NCBI GenBank assembly: GCA_047621865.1
Contig: JBLHON010000001.1
Span: forward strand, 1-39,351
Direction: 5' to 3'
DNA length: 39,351 nt
DNA from: Crocinitomicaceae bacterium
Lineage (GTDB): Bacteria; Bacteroidota; Bacteroidia; Flavobacteriales_D; Crocinitomicaceae
Each line of letters begins with the position of its first letter. Position 1 is the stretch's first letter. A program made the position numbers and the translations under genes. This document shows, one piece after another, positions 34,178 through 39,351 of this stretch. The notes beneath the pieces are model-generated. The model saw only the letters and a program-made list of their open reading frames with translations. It had not been told where the DNA came from and ran no database searches.

Positions 34178-36400
34178 TTAAACCACTAATAAATCAGCAT
34201 CTCGAAGAGCCAAAATTGGTCTAGAGTACCAGAAAAGTTCAAATTCACTGAATTGTTTTTCGAAGTCAGTTTTGAGCTCCTCCAGTGTGAGTTCTGCATC
34301 ATTATAGATTGAAAGTGTCGGTAATTGATTCAGAAACCATTCACCTTGATCACGTTCCATTTCAACAACAACACTTTCTTTTTTCCCGTGAATGGTGAGC
34401 TCAATCATGTCCAGTGTCTTGCCATGTTTGGTCATTGTATAGTCTGACACCAATGGTTTTCGACCCAACCAGATTGGTTTAGCACTCGGCTTACTCATTG
34501 TCATTAGTTCATCTTCAAGACATTTTTCAATGTAGTCTGGGTGAATTGTCGTGGCTGGAGTGCTAAAATCAAACCATTCGCCAATGTAAATCTCAAAGCC
34601 AATTCCATGCATGAAATTCAGGAGTGATTTCTTAAGCCCAAAACTAAATTTATCGTGATCGATTCCTGTTTTATCTGTGAACTCAAGATCATTATTGGCA
34701 AAAGAGATCTCTTTATATGCTGGAGTGACTCCATATTTTTCTGGCTCCTGACCAACTGGGCTGTGTGTCGTCAAAGCAAATTGATGCCAAAAACCAGATT
34801 GAATAATTCCAATTTCGAAGAGCTGTCTTACCATTTCCAAGCTATCTACAGTTTCTTGAATGGTTTGAGTTGGATAGCCATACATGAGGTAAGCATGCAC
34901 CATGATCCCGGCATCTGTCAAATTTTGCGTCACGCAAGCGACTTGTTCAACGGTCACACCTTTGTCGATTAACCCCAATAATCGGTCTGAAGCAACTTCT
35001 AACCCACCAGAAATGGCAATGCAGCCAGAAGCTTTTAAGAGCACACAGAGATCTCTTGTGAAACTTTTCTCGAAGCGAATATTTGTCCACCAAGTAAACG
35101 TGAGTTTTCGCCGAATAATTTCAATTGCAACTGCTCTCATTAAAGCTGGTGGTGCTGCTTCATCCACGAAATGAAATCCAGATTCTCCTGTTTGGGTACT
35201 AATCTCTTCCATCCGATCTACCAGAAGATTTGCTGCAAGTGGCTCGTATCGTTTTATATAATCGAGTGAGATATCACAGAATGTGCATTTCCCCCAGTAG
35301 CAGCCATGTGCCATAGTAAGCTTATTCCATCGACCGTCACTCCAAAGGCTGTGCATTGGATTAGCAATTTCAATGACGGAAATATATGCATCAAGGAGAA
35401 GATCAGCATAGTCAGGTGTACCTATATCAGCTTGATTGTAATCTGCCTGAGACGCATTGTTTTTATAGATTACTTCGTCGTTTTCGCAAATAAATGTTCG
35501 CTTGAAGGTTTGATTATCTCCGTTCGTTCCAAGGGATTCAAAGATTAATTCGATCGGCAATTCACCATCATCCAAGGAGATAAAATCGAAGAATTCAAAA
35601 ACTCTCGAATCGCTCACTGATCTCAATTCTGTATTCGGGAATCCCCCACCCATGGCTATTTTAATGTTCGGGTAATTTGATTTAATGAATTGAGCACAAC
35701 GAAAAGCACTGTAAAGATTGCCTGGAAATGGGACAGAAAAACAGATTATTTTAGGCTCGTGAGCTTTAATTTGAACCTCGAGAAGTTCGAGTGTGATTGT
35801 ATCAATATACGTAGACTCATTTGAGAGTAGAGCATAGAGCTCATCAAAATTATTGGCACTCGTTCCTATACGTTCGGCATATCTGCTAAATCCAAAATTG
35901 TCATCAATACATTCGATAATGAAGTCAGAGATATCTTCCAAATAAAGGGTCGCTAAATGCTTTGCCTTGTCCTGCATTCCCATATTTCCAAAGGCCCATT
36001 CAAGATCATCAATTTCATCAAAACGACCTGCTTCAGGAAGAAGATTCCGTGTGCAAATTTGTCTCGCCAAGGTTTGATTTTTGCCTTGGAGGAAGGAAAT
36101 AACGGCATCAATGCTCGTTAGATAATCATCCTTAAGTGCGTGAATTCGCTCGGCATTTTCCGATTGAATTCGATCTGATTCATAGGCAGTATCAAAAATG
36201 TGTGTTAAGCTTGAAACGGAAAAAAGTTTGAGAATGACCTCTATTCCCAAATCCATTTGGAATGAAGTATATCCCTTCGTATTTAGAAATCCCTTGAGAT
36301 ATGCCGTTGCCGGGTAGGGGGTGTTGAGCTGTGTAAATGGAGGTGTTATAAGTAAGAAGTCTTTCACCGTGGAATCGATTAAATGGCTTGCAAGATACAT
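34178..36400 (-). CDS. B12-binding-domain radical SAM protein (class B-like), ~740-750 aa with uncharacterised C-terminal extension
   Basis: The N-terminal Rossmann-like module reads LLITPPFTQLNTPYPATAYLKGFL ... IICFSVPFPGNLYSAFRCAQFIKSNYPNIKIAMGGGFPN. The cluster motif is HGCYWGKCTFCD. The TIM-barrel region contains SGFHFVDEA and ISGGLEVASDR. I prefer the ATG at 36400; the track start 36430 is TTG. Confidence 0.85.
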   Translation of the reverse strand: MYLASHLIDSTVKDFLLITPPFTQLNTPYPATAYLKGFLNTKGYTSFQMDLGIEVILKLFSVSSLTHIFDTAYESDRIQSENAERIHALKDDYLTSIDAVISFLQGKNQTLARQICTRNLLPEAGRFDEIDDLEWAFGNMGMQDKAKHLATLYLEDISDFIIECIDDNFGFSRYAERIGTSANNFDELYALLSNESTYIDTITLELLEVQIKAHEPKIICFSVPFPGNLYSAFRCAQFIKSNYPNIKIAMGGGFPNTELRSVSDSRVFEFFDFISLDDGELPIELIFESLGTNGDNQTFKRTFICENDEVIYKNNASQADYNQADIGTPDYADLLLDAYISVIEIANPMHSLWSDGRWNKLTMAHGCYWGKCTFCDISLDYIKRYEPLAANLLVDRMEEISTQTGESGFHFVDEAAPPALMRAVAIEIIRRKLTFTWWTNIRFEKSFTRDLCVLLKASGCIAISGGLEVASDRLLGLIDKGVTVEQVACVTQNLTDAGIMVHAYLMYGYPTQTIQETVDSLEMVRQLFEIGIIQSGFWHQFALTTHSPVGQEPEKYGVTPAYKEISFANNDLEFTDKTGIDHDKFSFGLKKSLLNFMHGIGFEIYIGEWFDFSTPATTIHPDYIEKCLEDELMTMSKPSAKPIWLGRKPLVSDYTMTKHGKTLDMIELTIHGKKESVVVEMERDQGEWFLNQLPTLSIYNDAELTLEELKTDFEKQFSEFELFWYSRPILALRDADLLVV

Positions 36401-36458
36401 CGAATAACTCGTTGTCTCGCACGGATACAAACTTTAGCTTATTTATTCATCTCATGGA

Positions 36459-37085
36459 TCAGTTAGCTCCCACGATAATAGCGAAAATAAGTAGGAGGAG
36501 TAAGGGAATTCCGATCATAAAAAGACTAGTGATTAACATCCCCATACCAATGGTTCCAGAGGCATTAAGGATTAGCCAAATTATCAGTAAGATTAATCCT
36601 ACGAAAAAGGAGACAATCATCGCGATCGCAAAAATTACAAAGGCTGCTAAACCCGCAAATGGATCCCGATTTTCGTTTGATTTACTTTGATAGGATTCAT
36701 TGTTTGCTTCTGAGACCTCTTCTTGGATTTCCGTTTCTGAGAATTCTGCATCAGACAGATTTTGATCTTCTGAGAGCTCGTTTTCCTGAATGAGGTTTGA
36801 AACATTCTCTGACTCCTCTTCACTTACCTCTGTTTGACCTTCTGTATGTAGAAGATTTTCCTCAATCGATTTGCCTTCGTCATATGATCTCGAAGATTTT
36901 TTGAGTTCATTTTGGACAAAATCACCCTTATCCTTATGATCGATTTTAGCTTCCTTCTCCGTTTTGTATTTCTCTGTTTTATTCCAGAAGTGCCCTGGAA
37001 GATGCTTGCGTTTCGAAAAGGTAGAACCTGTTCCACAAGAACTGAGGATTAAGACTGTAATTAAGAAGATTGCTAGCTTTTTCAT
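36459..37085 (-). CDS. Lipobox protein with conserved basic N-motif, acidic low-complexity linker and C-terminal TM helices (paralogue 2)
   Basis: The ATG at 37085 gives MKKLAIFLITVLILSSCGTGSTFSKRKHLPGHFWNK. The centre is Glu/Ser/Asn-rich. The C-terminus is hydrophobic (AAFVIFAIAMIVSFFVGLILLIIWLIL...MLITSLFMIGIPLLLLLIFAIIVG). It is a paralogue of the adjacent gene. Confidence 0.7.
   Translation of the reverse strand: MKKLAIFLITVLILSSCGTGSTFSKRKHLPGHFWNKTEKYKTEKEAKIDHKDKGDFVQNELKKSSRSYDEGKSIEENLLHTEGQTEVSEEESENVSNLIQENELSEDQNLSDAEFSETEIQEEVSEANNESYQSKSNENRDPFAGLAAFVIFAIAMIVSFFVGLILLIIWLILNASGTIGMGMLITSLFMIGIPLLLLLIFAIIVGAN
36979..37052 (-). repeat. 74-nt block about 90% identical to 37657-37730 (5' coding ends of the two paralogues)
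   Basis: By-eye alignment gives 7 mismatches in 74 nt, while the remaining coding sequence of the paralogues is strongly diverged. Confidence 0.8.
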
Positions 37086-37118
37086 TGAAGGTGTATAAGC
37101 AGGTTTCAAAGGAGCAGA

Positions 37119-37763
37119 TTAATTTAAAGTAAAGATACGATTTCTGGGAAGGGGTTTTGTTCGCATCGCGATCATTACAACTATAAAGATAATTAGCGCT
37201 ATTAAGAGGGGAATTCCTGCCATTATTGAGCCTGTGATCAACATCCAAATCCCAACAGAGCCAAAGAAATGCAAGATGACCCATAAGATGATAAAAATCA
37301 CCCCTACGAAGAAACAGATAAAGAAGGAAGCAATCAAGAAGTCTTCCCAAAAACTAAGTCGACTAGCTTGGGTGACGGACATTGATTTATTCTCTAGGGT
37401 CTCCTCTTTTTCATCTGGAGCTGATGACTCAGAACTCTCGAGATTTGAGAGATTGTCATTTTGATCAACCAATGGGTCGTTCTCTTCAGAACGTGTTGAA
37501 AGCGCAACTTCATCTTGTGGCTCCAAGCTTGTTTCTTCTTTCTTGACGAATGTTTCGTTTTCACTTGTGTGGTTTCCATCACTGCTGCTTTCAGCATACA
37601 CCAATTTATAGGAATCGTCTTGTTTAGCACTCTTCTCAGCTTTGTGTTTATCTACTTTATTCCAGAAGTGCCCTGGAAGATGTTTTCGCTTTGAAAAGGT
37701 AGAACTTGTTCCACAGGAAGTGAGGATTAAAGCATAAACTGAGACGACCAGGAATTGTTTCAT
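37119..37763 (-). CDS. Lipobox protein with conserved basic N-motif, acidic linker and C-terminal TM helices (paralogue 1)
   Basis: MKQFLVVSVYALILTSCGTSSTFSKRKHLPGHFWNK, an acidic Ser/Glu/Asp-rich centre, and C-terminal FLIASFFICFFVGVIFIILWVIL...MLITGSIMAGIPLLIALIIFIVVMIAM. Confidence 0.7.
   Translation of the reverse strand: MKQFLVVSVYALILTSCGTSSTFSKRKHLPGHFWNKVDKHKAEKSAKQDDSYKLVYAESSSDGNHTSENETFVKKEETSLEPQDEVALSTRSEENDPLVDQNDNLSNLESSESSAPDEKEETLENKSMSVTQASRLSFWEDFLIASFFICFFVGVIFIILWVILHFFGSVGIWMLITGSIMAGIPLLIALIIFIVVMIAMRTKPLPRNRIFTLN
37657..37730 (-). repeat. 74-nt block about 90% identical to 36979-37052
   Basis: See the partner feature. The block encodes the lipobox plus the STFSKRKHLPGHFWNK motif. 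Confidence 0.8.
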
Positions 37764-37785
37764 TGACTAGGAATCTCGCACTGGC

Positions 37786-38937
37786 TTAATGCATTAGAAC
37801 CAAGCTCTCATTAACAGGAACTTGATCCAATGTACCAATAATCAAATATGTTCCATTTGGAAGCGCGTTCAAATCGTTTGCTCCCGAATTCAAGCTAGGT
37901 ACAAGCACATTTCCTAAAAGATCAATCAATTGAAGGTCCACAGAGGTTCCATCAAATGCGATCTGCACAAAACCATTAGAAGGATTTGGGGAGACAGAGA
38001 TTGCCGCTAAATTGCTTTCCTTAATTCCAACAGGTGCATTTACACTCCATCCAATATCTGTGAGAGCTGCCATTAATAGTGGACCTGGTGTATGTTGAAC
38101 TTCATTGTTGGTGAGATATGGAGTGAGAAGTCCATTCCCAGATGCGGGCGTGAATATTGCCTCGTCAAAATGCTGCAGACTTGATCCTCCTTCAAAAGTT
38201 GCTGGAGCAAATATTTGAGCTGACGTCCCTCCATTTTCCAGAACAGTAGCTGGGCCAGTAAAGAATATATCATTTGACTGAAATTCTGTTCCTAGAGCAG
38301 TTGATAAGTTTGGAAAAATGAGCGTGTTTGCCAATTGCTGTGATGACCCATTCACTAAGAAGTAGTCCCAAATAGATGGTAATCCGCCCAAGACTGGAAA
38401 CGGGAAAGAAGTAACGAGAGGAAGGATACTCGTTGCGTCAATGGTTCCAAATGATCCTACTCCAACGTCATATTTTGTCAATGACATAGCGCCAAGTCCA
38501 TGGGCAATTTCATGCATGAAAACGGTGATAAAATCATATTGTCCGGGTCCAGGAAGTCCGTCCAAACCAAAATAATAATTCACTGAGCTGTTCACATAAA
38601 TATCCATGTCGAATTCGCCTATATTCAATTCATTACTTGCGATTGAATTCGCCAAACTACTTGCATACCACCATCCGTTGAATGGAGCTCCAACAAAATC
38701 AAGTTCTCCATTTGGAAGGGTTGTAGCAAGTGGACCTGCCGCGGAAAGGTCTGTATAAATAACATTGACCTTTATTGGAATCGTTGAATTCAGGTATTGA
38801 CTCCAAATAGTTCCAGTAAAATCAATGGCTGCATCAATTGTAGGTGTTGTTCCCGTTTTAGTCATTGTAAACGAGGATTGAGAAAAAGAGGAAAGAACGC
38901 AAATGCTCATTCCAAGCGACAGAAGAATAGCTTTCAT
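37786..38937 (-). CDS. Secreted HExxH zinc-metalloprotease-like protein with T9SS type-A C-terminal sorting domain
   Basis: The ATG at 38937 gives signal peptide MKAILLSLGMSICVLSSFSQ. FITVFMHEIAHGLGAMS carries the HExxH motif (nt 38500-38514). The C-terminal ~80 aa (ISVSPNPSNGFVQIAF...LPNGTYLIIGTLDQVPVNESLVLMH) looks like a Por secretion tail. Confidence 0.8.
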   Translation of the reverse strand: MKAILLSLGMSICVLSSFSQSSFTMTKTGTTPTIDAAIDFTGTIWSQYLNSTIPIKVNVIYTDLSAAGPLATTLPNGELDFVGAPFNGWWYASSLANSIASNELNIGEFDMDIYVNSSVNYYFGLDGLPGPGQYDFITVFMHEIAHGLGAMSLTKYDVGVGSFGTIDATSILPLVTSFPFPVLGGLPSIWDYFLVNGSSQQLANTLIFPNLSTALGTEFQSNDIFFTGPATVLENGGTSAQIFAPATFEGGSSLQHFDEAIFTPASGNGLLTPYLTNNEVQHTPGPLLMAALTDIGWSVNAPVGIKESNLAAISVSPNPSNGFVQIAFDGTSVDLQLIDLLGNVLVPSLNSGANDLNALPNGTYLIIGTLDQVPVNESLVLMH

Positions 38938-39202
38938 ACTGAATATTATCATTAATGATGAGGTAAGGTACTGAGAATAATCTTCATTCTGATGGATACA
39001 ACTCTGGCTGCTTTTAGTTAGAATGCTCATAATCAGTTGGACAGGTTAAAAAGAAGGTGTTCACCTATTCTAGAGCGCTTAATTTATGCTACGAAACCCA
39101 GAATTAGTATGTAACCAATGGACAAGAATAAGTTTATTAGTCACCAAGAACAATAAAACGATACCCGAATAGTTTATTATTTTACCACTCGTAAATCTAC
39201 CA

Positions 39203-39351
39203 ATGAAAAGATTAAAAAACTACACTTATCTACTAACATTTCTTCTCTGTTTGCCACTAGCATCTGTTGCTCAAGAAAGTTTTGGAATTGTTGGAACTGT
39301 TGTCGATTCCAATGGAGTTGTGATCGAATCTGGGAATGTAATCATCCTCTC
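39203..39351 (+). CDS. N-terminal fragment of an outer-membrane protein (carboxypeptidase-regulatory-like domain, TonB-dependent-receptor-like), 3' end outside window
   Basis: MKRLKNYTYLLTFLLCLPLASVAQESFGIVGTVVDSNGVVIESGNVIIL is a signal peptide followed by the G.V.D..G.P...A.V pattern typical of CarboxypepD_reg domains. The frame stays open to the window end. Confidence 0.5.
   Translation, partial: MKRLKNYTYLLTFLLCLPLASVAQESFGIVGTVVDSNGVVIESGNVIIL

Noticed and set aside
36388-37630. ORFs 36388-36690 (+), 36824-37036 (-), 36979-37350 (-), 37234-37464 (+) and 37394-37630 (-) overlapping the two paralogues
   Set aside because: These are alternative-frame or antisense shadows of the two paralogous genes. 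The chosen frames give matching signal peptides, a shared motif and matching TM architecture in both copies, which the alternative frames do not.

Overview
AT-rich chromosomal window that looks like Bacteroidota, probably Flavobacteriia-like. Supporting signs: no Shine-Dalgarno sequences, several TAnnTTTG -7 promoter motifs, five predicted type IX secretion (T9SS) cargo proteins, and the conserved uppS-bamA-skp-skp-murI block. Other housekeeping genes are atpD-atpC, rbfA, an MsbA-like ABC exporter, a LolC/E-like permease, an M23 peptidase and an SDR oxidoreductase. I saw no rRNA, tRNA, CRISPR array, transposase, integrase or obvious defence genes. Candidates for something new: (1) a tightly packed minus-strand cluster (34178-38937) of a T9SS HExxH protein, two tandem paralogous lipobox/acidic/TM proteins and a 750-aa B12-binding radical SAM enzyme with a Cx4Cx2C motif. 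(2) A vitamin-K-dependent gamma-carboxylase-like HTTM protein next to a translationally coupled ABC1/UbiB kinase and group III truncated haemoglobin pair (29722-33233). (3) A PsiD-like pyruvoyl decarboxylase two genes from 3-hydroxyanthranilate dioxygenase (775-3282). (4) A modular family of intergenic repeats with conserved flanks or loops and compensatory stems, at up to four loci. (5) A LolC/E-like gene whose conserved N-terminus has no canonical start codon, probably ATT. All homology statements are by-eye motif recognition, not database searches.
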